Assembly: GCA_900550065.1 (NCBI GenBank)
Contig: URQR01000001.1
Span: 1-44,380 of the forward strand
Length of the DNA stretch: 44,380 nucleotides
From: an uncultured Eubacteriales bacterium
GTDB taxonomy: Bacteria > Bacillota > Clostridia > UBA1381 > UMGS1253
Reading direction: 5' to 3'
Each line of letters opens with the position of its first letter. The stretch's first letter is position 1. Both the position numbers and the translations under genes were made by a program. Positions 17,637 through 27,231 of this stretch are shown here, one piece after another. A model generated the notes under the pieces. The model saw only the letters and a list, made by a program, of their open reading frames with translations, made no database searches and had not been told where the DNA came from.

Positions 17637-19406
17637 GTGGGAGCAAAAGGTGAAATATATGGCATCAACGGGCCGGTTATCGAGGTTGTCGGAGACAGTA
17701 ATTTTACGATGCTGGAAATGGTCAGCATCGGCGAGATGGGACTGATTGGCGAGGTAATCGGGATTCGGGCCGATAAAACGATTGTACAGGCGTACGAGTC
17801 GACGACGGGCGTAAAGCCGGGCGAGACGGTTACGGGGAGCGGAAGCCCTATGCTGGCGACGCTTGGACCGGGGATTATCGGCAACATTTTTGACGGAATC
17901 CAGCGCCCTCTGCGCAGTCTCGCGCAGCAGGCCGGCGCATACATTGACCGCGGCGTGGACGCGCCGCCGCTTGATGAAACGAGAAACTATGAAGTAGAAG
18001 TATTTGTAAAAGAGGGCGATATGGCCGAGGGCGGTAAAATCGTCGCGCAGACGCCGGAAACGCCCCTGATTATGCATAAAATTATGATACCGCCCGGCGT
18101 GAGCGGCACAGTGACGTTTGCCGCGCCGAGCGGGGCGTATACAGTCGACGACGTGATTGCACGCGTAACGGATGGCAAAGGGCAGGAGCACGAAATCAAG
18201 CTGTTTCAAAAATGGCCGATTCGCCGCCCGCGCCCGCACAAGGAGCGCAAGCCGACGACGATACCGCTTATCACGGGCCAGCGTATTATTGATTCGCTGC
18301 TGCCAATCGCAAAGGGCGGTACGGCGGCAGTGCCGGGCGGCTTCGGCACGGGTAAGACGATGACCCAGCACCAGCTCGCGAAGTGGGCCGATGCGGACAT
18401 TATCGTCTATATCGGCTGCGGCGAGCGCGGAAACGAGATGACACAGGTATTAGAGGATTTTTCAAAGCTGATTGACCCGAAGTCGAACCGCCCGCTTTTG
18501 GACCGTACGGTACTGATTGCGAACACGTCGAACATGCCGGTCGCGGCGCGTGAGGCGAGCATCTATACAGGCGTGACACTGGCGGAGTACTACCGCGACA
18601 TGGGCTACCATGTGGCTATCATGGCGGATTCGACGTCGCGCTGGGCCGAGGCGCTGCGCGAGATTTCGGGCCGGCTTGAGGAGATGCCGGCGGAGGAGGG
18701 CTTTCCGGCGTATTTGTCGAGCAGGCTGTCGGAGTTTTACGAGCGTGCAGGGCTTTGTGTAAATTTGAACGGCACAGAGGGCTCGGTAACGATTATTGGC
18801 GCGGTTTCGCCGCAGGGCGGCGACTTTTCCGAGCCGGTGACGCAGAATACGAAGCGGTTTGTCCGCTCGTTTTGGGCGCTGGACCGTTCGCTCGCGTATG
18901 CAAGGCACTATCCGGCGATTAACTGGATTAATTCCTACAGCGAGTACATTGACGACCTGACGCCGTGGTATGACACGAATTTGTCGCCCGCGTTTTTGCG
19001 CCGGCGCAATGAAATCATGGCGATTTTGCAGGAGGAGTCGAATCTAAACGAAATTGTGAAGCTGATCGGCGCGGACGTGCTGCCCGACGGGCAGAAGCTC
19101 ACGCTTGAGATTGCACGTGTGATTCGGCTGGGATTTTTGCAGCAAAACGCCTTTCACGCCGACGACACATATGTGCCGCTTGCCAAGCAGGCAAAAATGA
19201 TGGATACAATTCTGTACTTGTACGAGCAGGCAAAAATAGTGGTTGCAAAGGGGATTCCGGTCTCGCAGGCGGTTGCGACAGGGTTGTTCGAGGACGTGAT
19301 TAAAATGAAATACACGATTGGCAACGACGATCTTGCGCCGTTTGACGCTTTGCAGAAGGAAATCAAAGAAAAAATCAGCACGGTATTAAAAGAAAACGGT
19401 TTTTAA
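17637..19406 (+). CDS. ntpA: V-type ATP synthase catalytic subunit A
   Basis: Walker A GGFGTGKT, plus [25 protein letters not shown] at 17637 lies 6 nt after GAGGTGG. An in-frame GTG at 17628 is an alternative start. Confidence 0.95.
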   Translation: MGAKGEIYGINGPVIEVVGDSNFTMLEMVSIGEMGLIGEVIGIRADKTIVQAYESTTGVKPGETVTGSGSPMLATLGPGIIGNIFDGIQRPLRSLAQQAGAYIDRGVDAPPLDETRNYEVEVFVKEGDMAEGGKIVAQTPETPLIMHKIMIPPGVSGTVTFAAPSGAYTVDDVIARVTDGKGQEHEIKLFQKWPIRRPRPHKERKPTTIPLITGQRIIDSLLPIAKGGTAAVPGGFGTGKTMTQHQLAKWADADIIVYIGCGERGNEMTQVLEDFSKLIDPKSNRPLLDRTVLIANTSNMPVAAREASIYTGVTLAEYYRDMGYHVAIMADSTSRWAEALREISGRLEEMPAEEGFPAYLSSRLSEFYERAGLCVNLNGTEGSVTIIGAVSPQGGDFSEPVTQNTKRFVRSFWALDRSLAYARHYPAINWINSYSEYIDDLTPWYDTNLSPAFLRRRNEIMAILQEESNLNEIVKLIGADVLPDGQKLTLEIARVIRLGFLQQNAFHADDTYVPLAKQAKMMDTILYLYEQAKIVVAKGIPVSQAVATGLFEDVIKMKYTIGNDDLAPFDALQKEIKEKISTVLKENGF

Positions 19407-19431
19407 TTGGACGTTTGGGGAGCTGGTGGAT

Positions 19432-20811
19432 ATGGCACTCGAATATATTGGATTAAAGCAAATAAACGGCCCGCTTGTGGTGCTTGACGGCGTGCATGGT
19501 GCGTCGTACGAGGAAATGGTCAAGATAAAGGCGGCGGACGGGAGCGAACGGCAGGGCCGCATTATTGAAATTCACGGCGATTTGGCGGTTGTGCAGGTGT
19601 TTGAGGGAACGGACGGGCTTTCACTCACAAACACGACGACGCAGATGACGGGCAAGCCCATGACAATGCCGCTTACAAAGGAGCTTTTAGGGCGCGTCCT
19701 GTCCGGGAGCGGCCGCCCGATTGACGGGCTGGGAGAAATTTACCCCGACGAGATGGGCGACGTGAACGGTATGGCGATGAACCCCGTGCTGCGCGAATAT
19801 CCGGAGAATTTTATTCAGACGGGTATCAGTGCAATCGACGGGCTGTCGACGCTGATTCGCGGGCAGAAGCTGCCGATTTTTTCGGGCAACGGGCTGCCGC
19901 ACGATAAGTTAGCCGTACAAATTGTGCGCCAGGCAAAGGCTGGCGGCGCGGACGAATTCGCGGTTGTGTTTGCGGCAATGGGCGTAAAAAACGACGTTGC
20001 GGCGTACTTTAAACGCGCGTTTGAGGAGAGCGGCGTACTCGACAAGGTTGTGATGTTTTTGAACCTGTCGGGCGACCCGGTGGTGGAGCGTATTATTACG
20101 CCGCGCGCCGCGCTGACAGTGGCGGAATATCTGGCGTTTACGCACAGGATGCACATTTTGGTTATTCTAACCGATATGACCTCATACGCCGAGGCGCTGC
20201 GCGAGATTTCCTCGTCGAAGGGCGAAATCCCGAGCCGGAAGGGCTTCCCTGGGTATTTGTACAGCGACTTGGCGTCGATGTTTGAGCGTGCGGGCATTCT
20301 TAAGGGTAAGGGTGGGTCCGTGACGCAGATTCCAATTTTGACAATGCCGAACGACGATATTACGCACCCGATTCCCGACCTGACGGGCTATATTACAGAG
20401 GGGCAGATTGTGCTTGACCGCGGCCTGTCTCAGCGCGGGGTGTACCCGCCCGTGGCAGTGCTGCCGAGCTTGTCGCGGCTGATGAAGGACGGCATTGGCG
20501 AGGGCTTTACGCGCGCCGACCACGCTGATTTGTCGAGCCAGCTCTTTGCAAGCTACGCTAAGGTCGCCGACGCGCGCGCGCTTGCGTCTGTTATTGGTGA
20601 GGAGGAGCTAAGCGACACGGATAAACAGTATATGGCGTTTGGGCGGGCGTTTGAGGACCAATTTATCAGTCAAGCGGAAACAGAAAACCGCAGCGTGGAG
20701 CAGACGCTTGACATCGGCTGGTCGCTTTTGCGGCTGCTGCCGGAGAGCGAGCTTGACCGTCTGCCGCCGGAGCTGATTGCGCAGTATTATAGAAAGCCGG
20801 AAGAGACGTAA
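19432..20811 (+). CDS. ntpB: V-type ATP synthase subunit B
   Basis: [31 protein letters not shown] and [10 protein letters not shown] motifs. Confidence 0.95.
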   Translation: MALEYIGLKQINGPLVVLDGVHGASYEEMVKIKAADGSERQGRIIEIHGDLAVVQVFEGTDGLSLTNTTTQMTGKPMTMPLTKELLGRVLSGSGRPIDGLGEIYPDEMGDVNGMAMNPVLREYPENFIQTGISAIDGLSTLIRGQKLPIFSGNGLPHDKLAVQIVRQAKAGGADEFAVVFAAMGVKNDVAAYFKRAFEESGVLDKVVMFLNLSGDPVVERIITPRAALTVAEYLAFTHRMHILVILTDMTSYAEALREISSSKGEIPSRKGFPGYLYSDLASMFERAGILKGKGGSVTQIPILTMPNDDITHPIPDLTGYITEGQIVLDRGLSQRGVYPPVAVLPSLSRLMKDGIGEGFTRADHADLSSQLFASYAKVADARALASVIGEEELSDTDKQYMAFGRAFEDQFISQAETENRSVEQTLDIGWSLLRLLPESELDRLPPELIAQYYRKPEET

Positions 20812-20846
20812 ACCGCGGCAAATAAGAAAAAGGAGGCGGCGCGGCT

Positions 20847-21491
20847 ATGGATGTAAATTTATTTCCGACAAAGGGAAACCTGATTCTTGCGAAAAATACA
20901 CTCGCGCTGTCGAGCCAAGGCTATGAGCTGCTTGATAAAAAGCGCAATATTCTCATTCGGGAAATGATGGGGCTTATTGATGCGGCAAAGGAACTACAGG
21001 CCAACATTGAGACGACGTTTGCGGCGGCGTACGACGCGCTTCAGCGTGCAAACATTACGTCCGGAATTGAGCGTGTGATGGAGATTGGGACAACAATTCC
21101 TTTAGAGGACAGCGTTCGGGTTCTGTCGCGCTCCGTTATGGGAACGGAAATCCCAATGGTGCGCTATGAAAAAAAGCAGGAGCCGCCGCACTATGGTTTT
21201 TACGCTACGACGAGTGCGCTCGATGAGGCGCGGGCACGGTTTGTGGAGGTAAAAGAGCTTTCCCTCCAGTTGGCCGAAGTAGAGAACTCCGTTTACCGTC
21301 TTGCGGTTAATATTAAAAAGACACAAAAGCGCGCCAACGCGCTTAAAAATGTGACGATTCCGAAATATACGGGTATTTGTAAGATGATTGAGGGCGTTTT
21401 AGAAGAAAAGGAGCGCGAGGAATTTACGCGCTTAAAGGTGATCAAGGGACAAAAGGAAAACAGTCAAAACCAAGGGGGCATGTCCATATGA
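20847..21491 (+). CDS. ntpD: V-type ATP synthase subunit D
   Basis: PTKGNLILAKNTLALSSQGYELLDKKRNILI N-terminus. AAAGGAGG RBS. Confidence 0.9.
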   Translation: MDVNLFPTKGNLILAKNTLALSSQGYELLDKKRNILIREMMGLIDAAKELQANIETTFAAAYDALQRANITSGIERVMEIGTTIPLEDSVRVLSRSVMGTEIPMVRYEKKQEPPHYGFYATTSALDEARARFVEVKELSLQLAEVENSVYRLAVNIKKTQKRANALKNVTIPKYTGICKMIEGVLEEKEREEFTRLKVIKGQKENSQNQGGMSI

Positions 21492-22120
21492 GTGAGAAAA
21501 AAGATTTGTTTGTATATACCTACAGTGCGGAGCCGGATCATGAAAAATCGCTGTATGTCAACCTCACGAACCGGTGTACAAACCGTTGTACGTTCTGTAT
21601 CCGCAACAATAAAGAGGGCGTTGGCGGCGGGACGCAACTATGGCTCTCACACGAGCCGAGTGTGGAAGAAATTATTGCCGCGCTGAAGGAATACGACGTT
21701 GACAGCTTTGCAGAGCTGGTGTTTTGCGGCTATGGCGAGCCGACGATACGGATTGACGAGCTGATTACTGTTGCAAAGTGGGTCAAGGAAAATTATAAGG
21801 TTAAGACGCGTATTAACACGAACGGGCACGGGAGCGAGTTTCACGGGCGCGACATTACGCCGCTTTTTGACGGCGTGATTGACACTGTATCGGTCAGCCT
21901 GAACGCTGCAAGCGCAGAGGAATACGATAAGACGTGCAAGTCCATCTATGGCATACGCGCATACGAGATTATGCTTGACTTTGCCAAAAAGGCAAAGGCG
22001 CATACGGATGTTGTGCTCAGTATTGTTGATGTGCTACCGCCGGAGGAAATTGAAGCGTGCAGAAAAATTGCCGCCGAGGCGGGTGTTCGGCTTAAAGTAC
22101 GCGAATATGTAGAGGAATAA
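21488..22120 (+). CDS. small radical SAM protein (resembles the TatD-associated radical SAM family)
   Basis: CTNRCTFC (CxxxCxxC) within YVNLTNRCTNRCTFCIR, and the GYGEP glycine motif. Its ATG overlaps the ntpD stop (ATGA). Confidence 0.7.
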   Translation: MSEKKDLFVYTYSAEPDHEKSLYVNLTNRCTNRCTFCIRNNKEGVGGGTQLWLSHEPSVEEIIAALKEYDVDSFAELVFCGYGEPTIRIDELITVAKWVKENYKVKTRINTNGHGSEFHGRDITPLFDGVIDTVSVSLNAASAEEYDKTCKSIYGIRAYEIMLDFAKKAKAHTDVVLSIVDVLPPEEIEACRKIAAEAGVRLKVREYVEE

Positions 22121-22141
22121 TAAATAGACGAAAAAAGAAAA

Positions 22142-22161
22142 CCGCTTGCATGTGCAAGCGG
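22142..22161. terminator. bidirectional terminator between convergent genes
   Basis: ccgcttgca-tg-tgcaagcgg, flanked by an A-run upstream and TTTTATT downstream. Confidence 0.6.
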
Positions 22162-22168
22162 CCTTTTA

Positions 22169-22864
22169 TTATCCGATTTTTTCGTACCCTTCCGGTATGG
22201 TAAACAGGCTGTCCGGCACGCCGCTTGTAATTGAAATTACCTCAAGCTGCGTTTCCTGCCCGTCCTTGCTCGACAACATATATTTCAACTCGCCGTTTTC
22301 AAAGCAATAGCGGATGTCCGTGCCCTCTACTGTAAAATGTTCATAGTCGTAGGATTTTCCGCCGATCTCGACGCTGCCCTCTTCCATCGCGCTGCCGCTT
22401 AAGCTGCCCGCGTAAAACGCGCCGTTATCGACCGTTTGTGCGCTGTCAGAGGATACGTCGGATATGTCTGTGACCATATAGGTTTTTGTAGTGTGCATGA
22501 CCGTGTAATTTTTCCCGTTCTTTTCAAAGTTTGTAAAGCGTCCGGTTTCGGTTTCAATGTCGCTGTATACGCTTCTGCCGCTCACGACCGCAGTCGTCAT
22601 CAATAGCGTACCTGTATCAGAATGTGTGCGGAGCTGTACCACATAATCGCCGTTTGTCCGCGCAGAAAAGTACTGATAGGTCTTAGAAGAAGCGAGTCTG
22701 CTGTCCGGCGTAGCGGCTGCCTCTACGCCCGGCGCGGCGGAAACTGTCGGCGAACCGGACGGTGAGGAGGAAGGGCTGGGAACGGGATTCTGCCTCGGCG
22801 TAGTGCAGGCACATAAAACTACCATTAATATAAGCGGCAGCGCCGCTAAAATTCTTTTTTTCAT
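22169..22864 (-). CDS. putative lipoprotein
   Basis: Signal peptide MKKRILAALPLILMVVLCAC has a lipobox-like LCAC, followed by a Ser/Pro-rich linker. The C-terminus FTIPEGYEKIG is reminiscent of LolA-like folds. Confidence 0.65.
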   Translation of the reverse strand: MKKRILAALPLILMVVLCACTTPRQNPVPSPSSSPSGSPTVSAAPGVEAAATPDSRLASSKTYQYFSARTNGDYVVQLRTHSDTGTLLMTTAVVSGRSVYSDIETETGRFTNFEKNGKNYTVMHTTKTYMVTDISDVSSDSAQTVDNGAFYAGSLSGSAMEEGSVEIGGKSYDYEHFTVEGTDIRYCFENGELKYMLSSKDGQETQLEVISITSGVPDSLFTIPEGYEKIG

Positions 22865-22880
22865 TAAAAAAAATCACCCC

Positions 22881-23408
22881 TTATAAAAAGTGAATCACGC
22901 CGCCGATGTCTTGGTCCGATTCCGGCAAGGCGTCTGCCTTCTCGCGTGTTAAAACGGCAATTCGACCGCCCGTCTCACACAGGGCAAACGGTGTGCTTCT
23001 ATCGCCGCGGCGTGCGATAACAGTAAATGAAACGCCGTCTTCTTCGAGCGTAACTGCAAACAAATCGTCGCCTTCTTCCTCAACAGGCGCGTCTATATAG
23101 TCATAGGCCGCTGTTACGATATATTGCGGCAGCGCGCGCACGTCCTCGGGCCGGAGAAGCGGAAACTTTCTGCGTATCATATAGGGGCTGCCGCTCTCGT
23201 GCATACGGTCGGAATTCCCGATTAGATAGTCGATATCAACTTTAAGGTGCTCCGCAAGCTCGACAATCTTTTGCGTGCTCGGATATGTGCGGCCCGTCTC
23301 ATAATTATGGATTGCTGTTTTGCTTGTACCAATTAAATTTCCGAGTTCTTCTTGCGTTTTGCCGTGTAATTTTCTAAGAAACTTTAATCTTTCACTAAAT
23401 GTAGACAT
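22881..23408 (-). CDS. XRE-family helix-turn-helix transcriptional regulator
   Basis: FSERLKFLRKLHGKTQEELGNLIGTSKTAIHNYETGRTYPS is an HTH_3 motif. ATG at 23408 lies 6 nt after AAAGGGGTG. Confidence 0.8.
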   Translation of the reverse strand: MSTFSERLKFLRKLHGKTQEELGNLIGTSKTAIHNYETGRTYPSTQKIVELAEHLKVDIDYLIGNSDRMHESGSPYMIRRKFPLLRPEDVRALPQYIVTAAYDYIDAPVEEEGDDLFAVTLEEDGVSFTVIARRGDRSTPFALCETGGRIAVLTREKADALPESDQDIGGVIHFL

Positions 23409-23497
23409 GGCATGCACCCCTTTATTATGCAGATAGCTTTATATGAGCAATTGTAGCATTTCTGCGCCATATTGTCAAATTGGTAGGCAAAAAAACC

Positions 23498-23526
23498 TTG
23501 CATCATGCTGTACAAACCCGTATAAT
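23498..23526 (+). promoter_or_regulatory. sigma-A promoter for the WG-repeat gene
   Basis: TTGCAT, a 17-nt spacer, then TATAAT. Confidence 0.55.
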
Positions 23527-23567
23527 AGAAGTTAGAAAAGTATCCTTTAGCTTGGGGAGGGAAAGAC

Positions 23568-24578
23568 ATGATACACAAATTGATATCGGTCATCGTCGCT
23601 GTTGTACTCTGCTGCACAGCCGGCGCGGCTGCGCAAGAGACAGGGAGCGGCTTAGTTCGGGATTTTGTCCGCAGAGAGGACTCCATGTTTTACAAGTTTG
23701 GGTTCACCGATGGGCAGGGCAACGTTAAAATTCCGTACATGTACGATTATGCCGAGCCGTTTTCGTGCGGGTATGCACTCGTGCGGCAAGGGGAGAAACT
23801 GTTTTTTATTGATGCGCATAACCGCCCCGCTTTTGGGTCGGATAAAAGCGGATACAAGTTTTTTTACAGCTTTAAAGAGGACTTGTGCGTCGTAGAAAAG
23901 GACGGAAAATCTGGCTATATTGACACGGCGGGCAATGTCGTGATTGATTTAATGTTTGACGAGGCGTATAGCTTTTCTGAGGGCCTTGCGGCTGTTGGAA
24001 AGGACGGGAAAATCGGCTATATTGACACGGCGGGCAATGTCGTGATTGATTTTCAGTTTACGGAGGGCGACGCGTTTCAAAACGGCTATGCACGGGTGGA
24101 AAAGGACGGGCGCTGCGGCTTTATTAATGCGTCAGGCGGGCTCGGCACACCGCTTATATACGAAGCTGCCTCGCAATTTTCGGAGGGACTTGCGCGCGTC
24201 AAGCTCAATGGGCGGTATACATATGTTGATGAAAATGGGTTTTTATACTTTCCCCCTGTTTTTGAGGAGGCCTCCGATTTTGAAGGCGGCGCCGCGCTTG
24301 TGAAAATAGATGACAAGTACGGCTATATTAGACGCGACGGAACTTATATGATTGCGCCGCGCTTCGATTATCTGTCTGAATTTCACGGGGATTACGCGAT
24401 TGCGGGGCGATTTGTCGCCGACGGCGTTTTATGGTATGGGCTGGTCGACCGGCAAGGAAACCGGGTATACCCCTTTAGCTATGACAAGATTTCGTACTTA
24501 GACGGACAGTATATTGTGACAAAAAACGGCCGGACGATTTTTTTAGACGAAACGCTTCAGCAGGTGATAGAGCAATAG
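23568..24578 (+). CDS. secreted WG/KWG-repeat protein
   Basis: N-terminal signal-like helix. Repeated units of about 34 aa such as KDGK.GYID..GNVVI...F..A..FSEGLA. Confidence 0.8.
   Translation: MIHKLISVIVAVVLCCTAGAAAQETGSGLVRDFVRREDSMFYKFGFTDGQGNVKIPYMYDYAEPFSCGYALVRQGEKLFFIDAHNRPAFGSDKSGYKFFYSFKEDLCVVEKDGKSGYIDTAGNVVIDLMFDEAYSFSEGLAAVGKDGKIGYIDTAGNVVIDFQFTEGDAFQNGYARVEKDGRCGFINASGGLGTPLIYEAASQFSEGLARVKLNGRYTYVDENGFLYFPPVFEEASDFEGGAALVKIDDKYGYIRRDGTYMIAPRFDYLSEFHGDYAIAGRFVADGVLWYGLVDRQGNRVYPFSYDKISYLDGQYIVTKNGRTIFLDETLQQVIEQ
23913..24052 (+). repeat. 38-nt exact direct repeat, two copies 102 nt apart, inside the WG-repeat gene
   Basis: ggctatattgacacggcgggcaatgtcgtgattgattt occurs at 23913-23950 and again at 24015-24052. 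Confidence 0.9.
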
Positions 24579-24603
24579 ACAAGAAATTGGAGGAATTTTT
24601 TTT

Positions 24604-25479
24604 ATGACGCATAAAGAACGAGCAGTAACCGCACTGACGCTTGGGCAGCCGGACTATGTGCCGACGTTTGAGCTGGAGTATCAGTTAGCCGATTTAAAAT
24701 TCGGGAAGGATTTTTTGATGCGCGAGGCGCTTGCAAAGCTGTCCGGCGCGGAGCGCGAGCGCGCTGTTTTGGAAAACGCCGAGTATATGGTTGAGGTTTA
24801 TGGACAGCTCGGGTATTCGATTATTCCGGTCCATTACTTAGAGCCGGACGACCTAATTACAACGGCGCGGCACATCAATAAAATTACAAATGGAGCGTAT
24901 CTGCTCGCTGCGCATGGCGACGGAACCTATGCGATTCCGGACGGCGCGGGGATGCTCGAGTTTGTATACGGTCTCTACGACTACCCCGAAGAGGGAAAGG
25001 CGAAGGCGCGCGCGATGGCGGATGCGGCGATAGAGCAAAACAAACGTTATATCGACGCGGGGATCGAGTGCCTGCTGCTTTGCTCGGACTACTGCTTCAA
25101 TGACGGGCCGTTTATTTCCCCGGCAATGTTTGAAGAATTTGTGCAGCCGTATTTGGCGGACATTATTGACCACATTCGCCGCGACGGCGGCTATGCAGTC
25201 AAGCACACGGACGGCAATATCATGCCGCTTTTGGATATGCTTGTCGACTGTAAGCCGCACGCCCTCCACTCGCTCGACCCGATGGCGGGTGTCGATATTA
25301 AGGTATTGAAGCAGCGGATTGGAAAGCAGGTCGCGCTGTGCGGCAACGTCCACTGTGCGCATTTGCAGACCGGGACGGACGAACAGGTGCTCGAAAGCTG
25401 CCGCTATGCGATGGAAAATGGAAAACCGGGCGACGGCTATATATTCTGTACGAGCAACGTTCCGTTTAAGGGGTATTGA
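24604..25479 (+). CDS. uroporphyrinogen decarboxylase (URO-D) family protein (MtaA/CmuA-like)
   Basis: 291 aa. Overall pattern (PDYVPTFELEY..., HTDGNI.PLLD.L, HSLDP) fits the URO-D superfamily. It is somewhat shorter at the C-terminus than I would expect. Confidence 0.65.
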   Translation: MTHKERAVTALTLGQPDYVPTFELEYQLADLKFGKDFLMREALAKLSGAERERAVLENAEYMVEVYGQLGYSIIPVHYLEPDDLITTARHINKITNGAYLLAAHGDGTYAIPDGAGMLEFVYGLYDYPEEGKAKARAMADAAIEQNKRYIDAGIECLLLCSDYCFNDGPFISPAMFEEFVQPYLADIIDHIRRDGGYAVKHTDGNIMPLLDMLVDCKPHALHSLDPMAGVDIKVLKQRIGKQVALCGNVHCAHLQTGTDEQVLESCRYAMENGKPGDGYIFCTSNVPFKGY

Positions 25480-25530
25480 CGCGGCGGCGCAGAAAGCAGA
25501 ACGGAAATTTTTAGATATAAGGAAGAAACG

Positions 25531-25561
25531 AATCGCCGTCCGGCACGTACGGACGGCGATT
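25531..25561. terminator. 12-bp perfect hairpin between convergent genes
   Basis: aatcgccgtccg-gcacgta-cggacggcgatt. The flanks are A/T-rich on both sides. Confidence 0.55.
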
Positions 25562-25574
25562 AACATTATTATAT

Positions 25575-26111
25575 TTAATCATCATTCCGTATTGCTATAG
25601 AAATTTTACTGTAGTCGTAATCTACGGGGTTTAAAATTCGTGTTGTTAAGATTCGCAGCAGCGTTTCCGTATCATAATGCGTTTCTACGTATAGGTTTTC
25701 GTCTATCTGCAATGGGCTGCGCATTGTGCCGGGCTTCGGTTTATTTGACAAAAGTACGCGCTCTCGTCCGGAAATTTTTCCGCGCAGGTTCATCAATGCC
25801 ACGTGTTTTTCCGGATCGGCATTACAGCGCTGCAGTATCTCTTTAAAAACCATTTTCCATGTACCGACATTCACCCGGTCGTTTTCTTCAAATAATACGC
25901 CTGTCGGTTTTTTTCCTTTAAAAATTGCTGGTTCTGTGGATAACGGATAGACACGCTCATAGCTTTTTGCACGTTTTTCTGTTTCACATGCCTCGTCGAT
26001 ACAATTGAAATTTTCGCCCTCTGTTAATTTGCAAATCAATTGTTCAAACGTGGCTTCGACCTCGCGCAGAAGCTGCGTACGTGCAAGTTGAATTTCATAA
26101 AGTACATTCAT
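25575..26111 (-). CDS. hypothetical protein (orphan, no recognisable motif)
   Basis: 178-aa ORF with a GCAGGAGGTACCC RBS. It is bounded by a strong hairpin on one side and the rnpB promoter region on the other. Confidence 0.6.
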   Translation of the reverse strand: MNVLYEIQLARTQLLREVEATFEQLICKLTEGENFNCIDEACETEKRAKSYERVYPLSTEPAIFKGKKPTGVLFEENDRVNVGTWKMVFKEILQRCNADPEKHVALMNLRGKISGRERVLLSNKPKPGTMRSPLQIDENLYVETHYDTETLLRILTTRILNPVDYDYSKISIAIRNDD

Positions 26112-26246
26112 AGTAAGGGTACCTCCTGCAAAATATATTTAGCACGTGCTACAATGGTAGTGTAGCAGATATCTACTTATTTGTCAATTATTTTTTCTAA
26201 GTGACAAAGTAATTTTCAAGGCACATGTAAATAGCGGCTATGTTAC

Positions 26247-26275
26247 TTGACGCAGGGAGCGTTTTATGATACGAT
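26247..26275 (+). promoter_or_regulatory. promoter of rnpB
   Basis: TTGACG, a 17-nt spacer, then TACGAT, ending 7 nt before the predicted RNA 5' end. Confidence 0.55.
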
Positions 26276-26281
26276 AAACTA

Positions 26282-26640
26282 TGAGTAAACTGGACGGTTG
26301 CAGGCAGAGTGCCGTGAGGCCCTGTCTGAGGAAAGTCCGGGCTTCATAGGGCAAGGGTGCCGGATAACGTCCGGCGGAGGCGACTCCAGGGATAGTGCAA
26401 CAGAAAGAAACCGCCTGAATCGCGTGTTTTTGCGAGCAGGTAAGGATGGAAAGGCGAGGTAAGAGCTCACCGGCGGCCTGGCGACTGGCCGGCCATGTAA
26501 ACCCCACTCGAAGCAACACCACAAAGGAAGGAATTAAGCCGGCCCGGCGCTCCTTCGGGTAGGTGGCTAAAGGCGTGTGGCAACATACGGCATAGATAGA
26601 TAACCGTTCACGACAGAACCCGGCTTACAGGTTTACTCAC
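26282..26640 (+). ncRNA. rnpB: RNase P RNA (bacterial, apparently type A)
   Basis: Universal GAGGAAAGTCCGGGC and ACAGAACCCGGCTTA motifs. The P1 stem pairs tgagtaaac (26282-26290) with gtttactca (26631-26639). Confidence 0.9.
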
Positions 26641-26652
26641 AATAAAAACAAA

Positions 26653-26688
26653 AATCCCTGCAGACATGTCTGCGGGGATTTTATTTTT
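26653..26688 (+). terminator. rho-independent terminator after rnpB (also serves the convergent GNAT gene)
   Basis: atccctgcagaca/tgtctgcggggat stem followed by TTTTATTTTT. An A-run lies upstream. Confidence 0.7.
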
Positions 26689-26692
26689 AATA

Positions 26693-27217
26693 TCATTGCT
26701 GCGCATGTGGGTTTTTTACACAAAAGATTAGGTGCGGCATGTCTATGCCGTAGTAATGTTTCGTAAACTGTCCGCATACCTCCATGCCGTTTCGCCGCGC
26801 GACGCTTTGCGACGCTATGTTGTTGTCGCGTATAATGGAGTATACCTCGCTCACGCCGAGTGTATCAAACGCATATTCTTTGCAGCCGATGGCCGCTTCC
26901 GTGGCGTATCCCTTATGCCAGCAATCCTTACGAAACAGATAACCGATTTCGACGACGCGGCCTTCCGGTATGTCCTGCATAGTGAGGCCGCACTGTCCGA
27001 TTAATTCGCCGCTTTCTTTTAAAATCACAGCCCAAAGCCCGAACCCGTCGTCTTTGTAGCGCTGTAGCTGACGGTTTAGCCAATCTGCCGCTTCCGCGTC
27101 GGAGAAAGCGTGTTCGTACGCATACATGACCTCTTCGTCCTGTAAAATCCGGCACAATGCCGGAAGATCGTCTTGTATCATTTGGCGCAGCAAGAGCCGC
27201 TTTGTTTCCAAAACCAT
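26693..27217 (-). CDS. GNAT family N-acetyltransferase (RimJ/RimL-like)
   Basis: 174 aa. TKRLLLRQM N-terminus and an acetyl-CoA binding-like WHKGYATEA. Confidence 0.8.
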   Translation of the reverse strand: MVLETKRLLLRQMIQDDLPALCRILQDEEVMYAYEHAFSDAEAADWLNRQLQRYKDDGFGLWAVILKESGELIGQCGLTMQDIPEGRVVEIGYLFRKDCWHKGYATEAAIGCKEYAFDTLGVSEVYSIIRDNNIASQSVARRNGMEVCGQFTKHYYGIDMPHLIFCVKNPHAQQ

Positions 27218-27231
27218 AGCTTACTTCTCCC

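Noticed and set aside
25440-25600. A possible frameshift at the end of the URO-D family gene. The alternative frame continues as GIDAAAQKAERKFLDIRKK...
   Set aside because: The alternative frame runs straight through the 12-bp terminator hairpin and an AT-rich tail, so it is unlikely to be coding. The stop at 25479 is accepted, although the protein is slightly short.
26238-26524. Two overlapping minus-strand ORFs of 81-94 aa.
   Set aside because: They lie entirely within the RNase P RNA gene, which is identified by GAGGAAAGTCCGGGC, ACAGAACCCGGCTTA and P1 pairing. They are spurious.
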